A DNA stretch of 64,000 nt, from NCBI GenBank assembly GCA_964557125.1, contig CAZKYX010000002.1:25828-89827 (forward strand), written 5' to 3'. The translations under genes were made by a program, and so were the position numbers. This document shows, piece by piece, positions 10,401 through 18,000 of the stretch; the first letter of the stretch is position 1; the number at the start of each line of letters is the position of its first letter. Under the pieces are notes generated by a model. The model saw nothing but the letters and a program-made list of their open reading frames with translations, was not told the origin of the DNA and searched no databases. The DNA comes from an uncultured Gammaproteobacteria bacterium (GTDB lineage Bacteria > Patescibacteriota > Microgenomatia > Levybacterales > GWA1-39-11).

Positions 10401-11875
10401 CTGCAAATGCATCATGTGCTCCAAATATCAGAATTGCGGGTAGTGTAACTTCACCATATACCCATAATGCAACTATTACATGCGGAAAGAACTATGCTTA
10501 TAAAGTCACCAGCCAAAATGCGTCCGGCGAATCAGACTTTTCGGCAGATGTAGTGGGTACTACAAGCTCTTGCGCATCTGCCCCAACTGTAGCAACCGAT
10601 ACTGCAACGAGCGTTACCGGTACAACAGCAACGCTTAACTCTACAGTTGATCCAAATAGTCAATCCACAGATATTATTTATAGATATCAGGTAGGTAACA
10701 CATCAACCTGTAACAGTTCAACTCCAAGCACTCAGATAAATGGTCCGACAGGACTTACAGGTACAAACCCGCTTTCCGGAGGTACAACACAACTAGTGCT
10801 TACAGGTTTGACTGAGAATGTGCAATACTCATTCTGTGCAACGGCAAGCAATGGTATAGGAGGTCAACAATATGGTTCGCCTTCACTGCAATTTACAACT
10901 CCAAGGACTTTCTATGACACTTTTACAGGTGCCGATGCTACAAATCTTAGCTCACATGCGCCTGATACAGGTAGTGGTTGGGTTTCACTCATAACGGCTG
11001 GTTCAGCACCCGGAAATACCATTGTAATCAACACTAACAGAATAAGACCGGGGGGAAGTGCAGCGAGTACAGGGTCTGTATACAGAACTACAAGTTCAGC
11101 TGCTGATGCAAACTATAAAGTTATGGCAACTTATTCTGTTGGTTCATCAAGTGATGACTATGTGATCCTTGCTGGTAGGATACAAGATGCGAGCAATATG
11201 TATGCTGGTGAATTCAACAATACACAATCAAGGCTATATAAAAGGGTTAGTGGAACGTGGACACAGCTCGGTGCTACTGGACTTGGTATTGCAACTGGAT
11301 CTATAGTTACCCTTAATCTAACAGGTTCTAGTATTGCCCTTTTGGATGATGGAGTTTCAGTCGTTGAGGCAAATGATGCCGCAATATCTGCTGCCGGATA
11401 CGCAGGTGTTGGATTTGGGGGAGTTATAAATGCGACAGGAGATACGATAACGCACGCTCTTGATAGCTTTGAAATAGGTGATACGCCTTTACCGTGTACT
11501 TCAAGTAGATACCTTGATCTTGATAATGATACATATGGAGCAGGTGCATCAGGATGCTGGGTTCAGAGTTCAACTGTCAATACTGATTGTTACGACTCTA
11601 ATAATCTTGCAAGACCAAATCAAACCTCGTTCTTTGCAGCACATAGAGGAGATAGCAGCTTTGACTATGACTGTGATGGTGGTTCAACAGGAGTAGACAA
11701 TAGTTATGGAACTTTGAATTTCTTTATCTACGACAGTTGCGGTGGTTCAAATCCACATGAGCCAACTTGTGGATCTTCGTCAGTCGAGTTTGTGTCAGGC
11801 CCTGATCAATACAATGATAGATGCTGTTCCCCAGTGTGTAGTGGGAATCTCATATCACAAGTAACCTGTAGATAG
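7442..11875 (+). CDS. Giant secreted Cys-repeat protein (1477 aa)
   Basis: N-terminal TM/signal. Six repeats of DGFARI.F...QC.N..C type. Later DADGDGY / DCYD MopE-like Cys-rich motifs. The start lies 3 nt after the pilin stop. Confidence 0.85.
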   Translation: MNTKDLRMMRTIVVNKKIFIAFFISLVTLFLFVSRGNAFNTNIVNTDLDPFSANPMMAVTIGNNSFAKIVSPRSSANGYGIQYQECSDDACSSRSTTTLSVGRVASVDIANSSGDGFSRILFEDYVNNDLIFVQCQNSQCISNIQTNILNGTAGLGSEGQVEVASDGFARLLYRNQSGNLIFRQCTNAACSTGTSTTVDAGTTASSGRFKIGSDGFARIAFIPARGTIRFFKCTNATCSTKTTTNLSITDANISRIDITSGNLPMILYRDTTTTPTSNDVRLVQCTNDTCGTTTDNLIGSLTDGTYHDEQELFIGNDGFARIFFNTNNGGGTANYYGRFIQCGNAACSSITADNIITGLNNGYELNMVKGNDGYPRLVYRNAPSPQQVIFGQCVNDTCVTPVPTASGQTAVYGGTYTRTSTDNSPWTVNFTAANTNYYQVRTGSTTATGTQVIVGAAANGANSKSINWNATGLVNGSNSLYLFVSGNSGSSWSSNYAFTMLRDDTAPTAATSISTTPGTVSGNYTVTFTPNDAASTGSNEMSYYIRTATGGGGTLLTSSVKTSTSGSPKTTASITTDTLVQGSNTRYVRTCDGANRCTDTSFTVTAGIPPTSVTAVASDPPPVLKSFKNTLKGSANPNGSTARGHFRLYTSVPNCTLDTNGTRVPSSAGNDAVLGAGSSPVAFSVGTTVPLVRQTQYWYCAYADNDAAGQGNPSTAAAAGYQTFTTPDGPAGGCDPATTGDLTITDACTFPATDFDGVDAGGNTNTNTARITLGAGGNVTILAGQKVARGSISFSGGLLTLQNGNGGIIRGGVYLLDADGDGYIDNNTSRYVGIAPPAGYVRRNYLASTTYSGSNYDYASKMYAVSTFDCNTASAIEGVNVANLAVDADQDGYYTGATGTSCVGGTSTVNGRTYYRVADGSYSKIIGSPTGGANAIAGSDCYDNTGEPCKPTINSVGSATQTSLLVTFTAGAGPAATGSALLWCDRTANASCAPNIRIAGSVTSPYTHNATITCGKNYAYKVTSQNASGESDFSADVVGTTSSCASAPTVATDTATSVTGTTATLNSTVDPNSQSTDIIYRYQVGNTSTCNSSTPSTQINGPTGLTGTNPLSGGTTQLVLTGLTENVQYSFCATASNGIGGQQYGSPSLQFTTPRTFYDTFTGADATNLSSHAPDTGSGWVSLITAGSAPGNTIVINTNRIRPGGSAASTGSVYRTTSSAADANYKVMATYSVGSSSDDYVILAGRIQDASNMYAGEFNNTQSRLYKRVSGTWTQLGATGLGIATGSIVTLNLTGSSIALLDDGVSVVEANDAAISAAGYAGVGFGGVINATGDTITHALDSFEIGDTPLPCTSSRYLDLDNDTYGAGASGCWVQSSTVNTDCYDSNNLARPNQTSFFAAHRGDSSFDYDCDGGSTGVDNSYGTLNFFIYDSCGGSNPHEPTCGSSSVEFVSGPDQYNDRCCSPVCSGNLISQVTCR

Positions 11876-11945
11876 GATGAGCATTAAAAATCTCCTGAGA
11901 ATTTGACAAGCATATCTCTGCTGTCAACAAACTACCAATTTAATT

Positions 11946-12578
11946 TCAGTAAATAATAACCAATTGAGGACTTCGTGAGCCATTAGAAGTGGGTTTTGGT
12001 GTAGGTTGAGCTTTTTCTTCCATAGTATTTCCAGTCAAAATAAGACGTTGTAGGAATTCAAATGAACCTAACTCTGGAATAGTTGTCAATTTATTATTTC
12101 TTAAATCTACTGAAGTTAGCATTTTAAGCTCAAAAAGTTCTTCGGGGAATTCGGTAAAATTATTATCACTCAAATTAAGTTCGCTGAGGTTATTAAGTTT
12201 ACTGATTGTGCTCGGTAGACTAGAGAGATCTTGTCCTGATAAATCTAGAGTACAAGCAATTTCCGGTGTTAGGAGAGCATCTTCGATTGAGGTAAAGTTT
12301 TTACAAGATCCATGATACTTTTCAATCCTTTCGTTAACTTCTATATCGCTTTCGGTTAAAGGTGTTGGGGAAGGAGTAGGAAGTCCATTTCCTTCTTTTT
12401 TATCTCCACCCATAGAGAGCTTTATGTTTCCCGATTTGTTTTGCAAATACAAGAAAAGGGTGATGCCGACGACTCCTAAGAGGATAAATACTGAAATGAG
12501 GGCAAGAAGAGCGTTACTTTTTGAGCCTTCAGGAGGGCTTACTTGAGTCTGCGTGGGTGGTTGGGCATTTGGATCCAT
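11946..12578 (-). CDS. Membrane-anchored leucine-rich repeat protein
   Basis: TM segment followed by LRRs (LDLSGQDLSSLPSTISKLNNLSELNLSDNNFTEFP...). Confidence 0.8.
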   Translation of the reverse strand: MDPNAQPPTQTQVSPPEGSKSNALLALISVFILLGVVGITLFLYLQNKSGNIKLSMGGDKKEGNGLPTPSPTPLTESDIEVNERIEKYHGSCKNFTSIEDALLTPEIACTLDLSGQDLSSLPSTISKLNNLSELNLSDNNFTEFPEELFELKMLTSVDLRNNKLTTIPELGSFEFLQRLILTGNTMEEKAQPTPKPTSNGSRSPQLVIIY

Positions 12579-12729
12579 AAGATTGGGTTATAGATTGCGG
12601 GTTTTAGGTTTCTGATAAAACACGCTTGATTAATTATTGCGACGTTCAAACGAATTTGTCAAGTATTAAGTTGGCAGGGTTGCACCCTGCCATGTTACAA
12701 AAAGGCTTTATGTGATATTTTTGATGCAA

Positions 12730-13410
12730 TTAGTCTTCATCCTCAATAATCAGAGTTGCAAGGGGCACTGTGGTTCTTTCATCAACCATTTCTACAAAGT
12801 TCTCATACGAGAGAAGAGGAGATGTCATATTTGATGTAAAAAAATCAAGTATAAGTTGTGTGTCAATCCACGGTCTTTGAATGGTATTGGTGTAGGTAGA
12901 ATAACTCGAATACGGATACTCTTTTAAGTTGGCAGGGTTGCACCCTGCCAACTTGAGGGGGTTGCGGTGGATGTATCGAGAAAGATGGAGCAGATACTCG
13001 TCATTTTCGATATTTACAGCTTTATAGACTCCTTGGAAGAGGCCACCAACCCTTTTGTACTTTTTATTGAAGTACATTGAATAAGATGTGCAAACAGCTC
13101 GGACAAATTCTGTCATACTAGATCTTGTTTGTTGTTGTAATAAGAGATGAAAATGATTTGGCATAAGGCATAGGGACATAAGTCTAACTTCATCGTAAAA
13201 CGTTTTACGCAATCGTATTCTTTTATCCGGAAACAGCGAGCTCATTCCTAATTTTGCCTCATCAAGAGGGGAGAGGTATATTTTTAGTAGATTAAGAAAA
13301 ACACGATAGTCATAATCCTCAAGGAAAATGTTTCTTTTTTCTACTCCACGATTGTAAACATGGTAGAAGGAATCTTCTGCGTATAATTTGATGCTATTTC
13401 TGGTGGGCAT
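12730..13410 (-). CDS. IS200/REP-associated (Y1, COG1943-like) transposase
   Basis: YHVYNRGVEKRNIF, LMPNHFHLLLQQ (HUH-type) and YIHRNPLK..YPYSSY motifs. The ATG at 13410 is preferred over the TTG at 13440, which would read through a hairpin. Confidence 0.8.
   Translation of the reverse strand: MPTRNSIKLYAEDSFYHVYNRGVEKRNIFLEDYDYRVFLNLLKIYLSPLDEAKLGMSSLFPDKRIRLRKTFYDEVRLMSLCLMPNHFHLLLQQQTRSSMTEFVRAVCTSYSMYFNKKYKRVGGLFQGVYKAVNIENDEYLLHLSRYIHRNPLKLAGCNPANLKEYPYSSYSTYTNTIQRPWIDTQLILDFFTSNMTSPLLSYENFVEMVDERTTVPLATLIIEDED
12926..12954. repeat. REP-like palindrome embedded in frame in the transposase gene
   Basis: aagttggcagggt-tgc-accctgccaactt forms 13-bp arms and encodes KLAGCNPANLK. Confidence 0.8.
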
Positions 13411-13487
13411 ATAGTGGCAGGGTGCAACCCTGCCAAACAATTATTGATGCGTAAGAATGAATTTGTCAAGAGGGTGAGGAGGGAAAG

Positions 13488-13496
13488 TGGTATAAT
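13488..13496 (+). promoter_or_regulatory. Extended -10 TGGTATAAT
   Basis: The exact TGGTATAAT lies 12 nt upstream of the 13508 ATG. The same 9-mer heads several cassettes. Confidence 0.45.
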
Positions 13497-13507
13497 TATC
13501 AGTTATT

Positions 13508-14476
13508 ATGAAAGAAAATTTGCCACAGGATGCAACAAATCAGTTAGCAAGTAATTTTGAGCTGATAGAAGACGAGAATTTTTTTGGGTACATACGCAAA
13601 GTTGATGAGAGTCTTGTTCCATCAAAGAGGGTTGATGGGTTTTATCGTCTCGGACTATCTCTTCATCCGTTGATAGATTATTTTCCGGAGCATGAAAATC
13701 TACCGAATAGTGCACGGGTATATAAGCAGGTACAAAAAATTGAAAACCTCAATAGGCTACGGATTGTACATTTGAAAAACGTTTATGAGCCCAATTCGGA
13801 ATATTCTGAAAGGGTTGTTGATAGGTTAAATTCTTTCGTTGCTTTTGGCTATCTATACGGAAGAGCTCAGATTCTTGATGAGCATTACCCAAAAAAACAC
13901 CAGTTAGACCATGCTCTCAATAAAACAGCCTCTCTTTGGGGTGAGCATCCAATGAGCAGGTATATGGCAGAGTTAAAAGAGAGTAGGGGTAAGCCGGAGG
14001 GAGCACATAGATTGCTAAATCCAGAGCAAATTGAATTTGATGTGCAGGAAGGGATATTAAAGGAAGGACGAGAGGTACAATTGAGGGAAAAAACTAGTCA
14101 AGCTGGTATAATGCTCCCCACATTGGATGAAGCAAAGCTTCAATTGAATACAAATGACTTGGTAGAGATATTCCTTCGCATAAAAAAGGCATCGCAGAGT
14201 AGAACTTTCTATAGGTGGGAGGATTATGCAGATGGTGAAGTTGTTGAGGCTGTAAGATTTATACAGGCAGTAGGTGTAGGAAAAGAGACGGAATTTAGAC
14301 TCAATGACAGAGATTATAGCCCACGCGATTTTCTAAAGGATATTAATTATGTAGGGAGCTATATGCTAGAGCTTCAAGAGAAAATGAAGATTAAAAGAAT
14401 TGATTGCAAGTTGTCACTTGGTGATGTTTTTGAGTTGAAGAGAAGAGCGGTTGAAAAGCGCAGCGTGCTGCGGTAA
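13508..14476 (+). CDS. Hypothetical protein (322 aa)
   Basis: Long ORF with backbone-like composition. No motif recognised. Confidence 0.65.
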   Translation: MKENLPQDATNQLASNFELIEDENFFGYIRKVDESLVPSKRVDGFYRLGLSLHPLIDYFPEHENLPNSARVYKQVQKIENLNRLRIVHLKNVYEPNSEYSERVVDRLNSFVAFGYLYGRAQILDEHYPKKHQLDHALNKTASLWGEHPMSRYMAELKESRGKPEGAHRLLNPEQIEFDVQEGILKEGREVQLREKTSQAGIMLPTLDEAKLQLNTNDLVEIFLRIKKASQSRTFYRWEDYADGEVVEAVRFIQAVGVGKETEFRLNDRDYSPRDFLKDINYVGSYMLELQEKMKIKRIDCKLSLGDVFELKRRAVEKRSVLR

Positions 14477-14500
14477 ATGGCGATTGGTGGATGGTGATTG

Positions 14501-14685
14501 GATTCTTCACTATGTTCAGAATGACAGGGTAGTCATCCTGAGTGTAACGAAGGATATTGGGATTCTTCGGCTATGCCTCAGAATGACAATAAAACCATAT
14601 TTCAGAATAACAATAAAACCATATTTCAGAATAACCAAGAGGTCATCCTGCCTGCCCGCCTCTGGAGGGAGTGTAACGAAGGATC
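14501..14685. repeat. Cluster of GTCATCCTGA...GAAGGATC-type palindromic elements plus a 24-bp tandem duplication
   Basis: gattcttcactatgttcagaatgaca, gtcatcctgagtgtaacgaaggat, gattcttcggctatgcctcagaatgaca, gtcatcctgcc...gtaacgaaggatc. aataaaaccatatttcagaataac occurs twice in tandem. Confidence 0.8.
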
Positions 14686-14969
14686 TATTCAACAGAATTC
14701 AGGTCCTTCCATGTAGGATTATGGGTATTTATTAGTTCTAATTTCTTTGTTCTCAACCAGCCTTTAATTTTCTTTTCCGCTGAAATAGCCTCAGTAGCAG
14801 TATTAAATTCTTGAAAATAGACCAGCTTTTCTACGTTGTATTTAGAAGTAAAACCAGATACAAGCTTATTCTTATGTTCATAAATCCTACGTTCTATGTT
14901 GTTCGTAACACCTGTATAAAGTACTTTATTGGATTTATTTGTTAGTATGTACACAAAGTATTGTTTCAT
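14685..14969 (-). CDS. GIY-YIG nuclease family protein (YhbQ/UPF0213-like)
   Basis: YFVYILTNKSNKVLYTGVTNNIERRIYEHK is a classic GIY-X-YIG module. Confidence 0.85.
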   Translation of the reverse strand: MKQYFVYILTNKSNKVLYTGVTNNIERRIYEHKNKLVSGFTSKYNVEKLVYFQEFNTATEAISAEKKIKGWLRTKKLELINTHNPTWKDLNSVE

Positions 14970-14975
14970 ATGTAT

Positions 14976-15074
14976 ATAGATCCTTCACTTTCGTTCAGGA
15001 TGACACGAATAGATCCTTCACTTTCGTTCAGGATGACACGAATAGATCCTTCACTTTCGTTCAGGATGACACGC
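14976..15074. repeat. Tandem 33-bp repeat x3 (atagatccttcactttcgttcaggatgacacga)
   Basis: Three head-to-tail copies at 14976, 15009 and 15042, lying between the GIY-YIG start and the giant gene stop. Confidence 0.9.
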
Positions 15075-15075
15075 G

Positions 15076-18000
15076 TCAGTTCACGATTAAATAATTGAAT
15101 TGTATATCCTTATTGATTACGGGGCCTGAGACACCCACAGTAAATGAGCCTGATTCAAACTCTGAGTCTGGCACTTGGCGGAGAAGGTAGAGTACCTTAT
15201 TTTGAGTATCTCCAAATGGGGTAATGTAAATGAGTGAATCCTCCGTTACATTCGGATTATAAATAGTAAGCTCTGGCTTATTCTTCTTGAGTGTTGCAAA
15301 TCCGGCAGAACCGGTAGCTGTTGCTTCAAGGTCTGAGGTTGCATGTGCTTGTCCGACGATATTAAAGTTAAGTTTTGCAAACGTTCCGCTTCCTGAGGCT
15401 GAAAGGGAGCCACGAACGTCTAGTAGGTTGTCTGATGAGATTGCCGCGCTACCGCTCGCAATGACAGAATTGGGGCTTCTTGCAATGACAAGAGCATTAT
15501 CTGCAAGAGGAGAAATGAGGTTTGTGGCTATAGAGTTTGCGGTAAGAATACCATTGAATACCCCATTTTGAGCTGCAATATTTCCTAATACATTTAGGTT
15601 ACCTGCAATGTCCATATTCCCATTGGTATCTATTTTTACGAGTCCCGCTAGGAAGTTGACTCCGCCTTGACGAAGAGGCTGGATTTCAAGGTCAGCTCCG
15701 AGGGTATTGATGGCATTGTCTCCGATAACAAAGCTATCCCCAATTGAGATTTGTTCCATGGCAGTAAGTGAGGTAAAGGTAGCCGGTCCAAGAGCTACAA
15801 TACCTTGCTCAAAAATACCGTAATCGGCCGTTAGATTGCCAACATGCAATGAATCTACATTTCCACTCGCTAAATTGCCAGAAAGGCTAGCCTGCTGCTG
15901 ATTTTGGAGTTGATTGGCGATACGGGTATCAAGCCCGTCAATGTTATTTGCATAAAGCGTTCCTGAGATGGTTGCATCATTTGTAGTAAGACTTCCTGTT
16001 GCAAGACTACCGGAAATACTTGCTGATTCAAAAAGAGCAACCTCAGAAGAGAGGGTGCCACTGAAGCTAGCATCCCCATTATCATTAATTTGTGCAACGA
16101 CCTTACCAGTAGTAGTATTTTTTAGTTTGATATTGTTTGATTCTATATTTAGCGCAATCGTCCCATTATTTCCAGTTGGTGAGATGATATTTGTTCTTAT
16201 TTGCTCAGAGTCTGCAACGGGTGAGGTAAAGTTGCCCGAAGCTAGAAGCTGTGTAACAGTTTGGTTAATATAGTTTTTAAGACTGATCCCAGCAATAGAA
16301 ATGTTTTCAGTTGATATGTTAAGAGATGAAGCCGTTGCATTTCCTAGGTTACTCATTGATGAGTTAAGACTTGAGATAGTACCTGACGCAAAGTTAAAAG
16401 AGTTACCTGTCAACGTGCTAATCGAAGCCGTTGAGGCTTGGAAGGTGTCTGTAATAAGCTCACGAGTATTTACAAGTCCTGACTTAATTTGTGCTACAAA
16501 GACTTTACCGTAGGCCTCCATTTGGTTAACGTTATTATTATTTACATCCTTTAAGACCCACTGACCTGATTCCCTATTAATAGTCAGAGTATTGTAGTAA
16601 GGATCTGCTCCAATATTGTTGTCATTTGCGCTACTTCCATTAACGGTTGGTGGTGGTGCGATATGACCCTTTATAACTCCAGTGTATGTTTTCCACTTAT
16701 CATGGTCAAAGCGGGGAGCCGTAAGTCTGTAAGAAATCTCTACTGGTCTATCTGCAAAGAGGGTAATAGTGCGATTTGCACCGTCTTTTTTATACCATGT
16801 TTTTGCTTGTGAATTGGGAGATAAAAGTACTGATACATTTGAAATATCTGGGTCAATAATACGATTAAATACCCAGTGACCCGACTGGTATTCAAAATGG
16901 TTAAAGTCCAGTTTGTAGGCGTATCCCCCAACCGAATTATCATACCCAAGTACAACTTTACCAGTATATTCTTCCTTTACTCCAACCATTGAAGGCATGT
17001 AAGTAGCGTATCCTTGACCATCAATAGTGTAGGGAGGGTCAACGGTTCCTGCATTAAGTTTTCCGGTTGCTGCAGGTCCAACATCAACCGTTCCATCGTT
17101 AAAGACTCTAAACACATTTTGTCCTGAGCGGCTTGCCGCTATAAGGTCACCTGAGCCTGATGCTTGGTCAACGACGAGGGCGGCGTAGCTGGTTCTACCA
17201 GAGAAGCTTGCAACCGGCCCTGCGTCATTACTAAAGACATTAAGCTTTCCTCCGAATATTGAACCTGTTGGAGATTGCAGCGTGCCTATGTTAACTTTGC
17301 CATTTGAAGTGAGGAAGAGACTTCCTAGATTGTTTGCAGGTTTGAACCAAATATCTCCAGTTGTGGTCCCTCCAAGCACAAGGGTGTTATTTCTTACGGT
17401 TTGGAGTGTTCCATCTCCTCCAATTGAGATACCGTTTCCAGAGCCACCTGAAGCTAGGGTAGCAGAGACCGAGGCAAATGGGGAGGCTGAACCGTTGATA
17501 TTTAGTACTGAAAATTTTGCAGAGCTAGTTGCCTGTGCTCCGATTAATATATCCAATGTATTATTTATGGGAGAGAGAGCGCCAGTATTTGTAGTAATTC
17601 TCCAGTTAGAAGAGCCGCCACCGCCTCCTGCACATGCAACTGTACCTGTAACTATCCCATTTACAACGTCAGATATACAAGTATTACCTCCAGTTACTGC
17701 TGCTCCAAATGTTCCATTCATTCGAAGTCCATTGGTTGAGGAAAGCTGTAAATTCAAAACACCGGAGCCATTTCTCGGTACGATATTTATGTCCCCAGTT
17801 GAACTTCCTCCAAGTACTAGTGTTTGGTTGCGGGTCGATTGTAGGCCGGCAGCTGCATCAACTGCAAAACCTGCAGCAGATGAAGCCGTTCCATCATTTT
17901 TAACTACAAATCTTGTAACGCCTGCTGAGGAGGCAGCAATAATATCATTATTAAGTCCAACTCTATTGATAATAAATCCAGCATTTGAGCCAATTCCGCC

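Larger units (their letters stand above)
12632..13470 (-). mobile_element. RayT/IS200-like Y1 transposase unit bounded by REP-like hairpins and a ~32-nt direct repeat
   Basis: Hairpin ggcagggttgcaccctgcc at 12673-12691, 12931-12949 and, with inverted loop, 13416-13434. Direct repeat aattattg..gaatttgtcaag at 12632-12663 and 13439-13470. Confidence 0.7.

Noticed and set aside
11735-11760. A tRNA-like T-loop string, ggtggttcaaatccac.
   Set aside because: It lies inside the 1477-aa CDS and has no acceptor, D or anticodon arms around it. No other tRNA-like region was found by eye in the intergenic gaps.
14451-14735. A 94-aa ORF spanning the GTCAT repeat cluster.
   Set aside because: Its sequence is a read-through of palindromic and tandem repeats (ITIKPYFRITIKPYFRIT), and it overlaps the GIY-YIG gene end.
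14976-15074. A possible CRISPR array, suggested by the regular 33-bp repeats.
   Set aside because: The copies are directly tandem with no spacers, and no cas genes are nearby.
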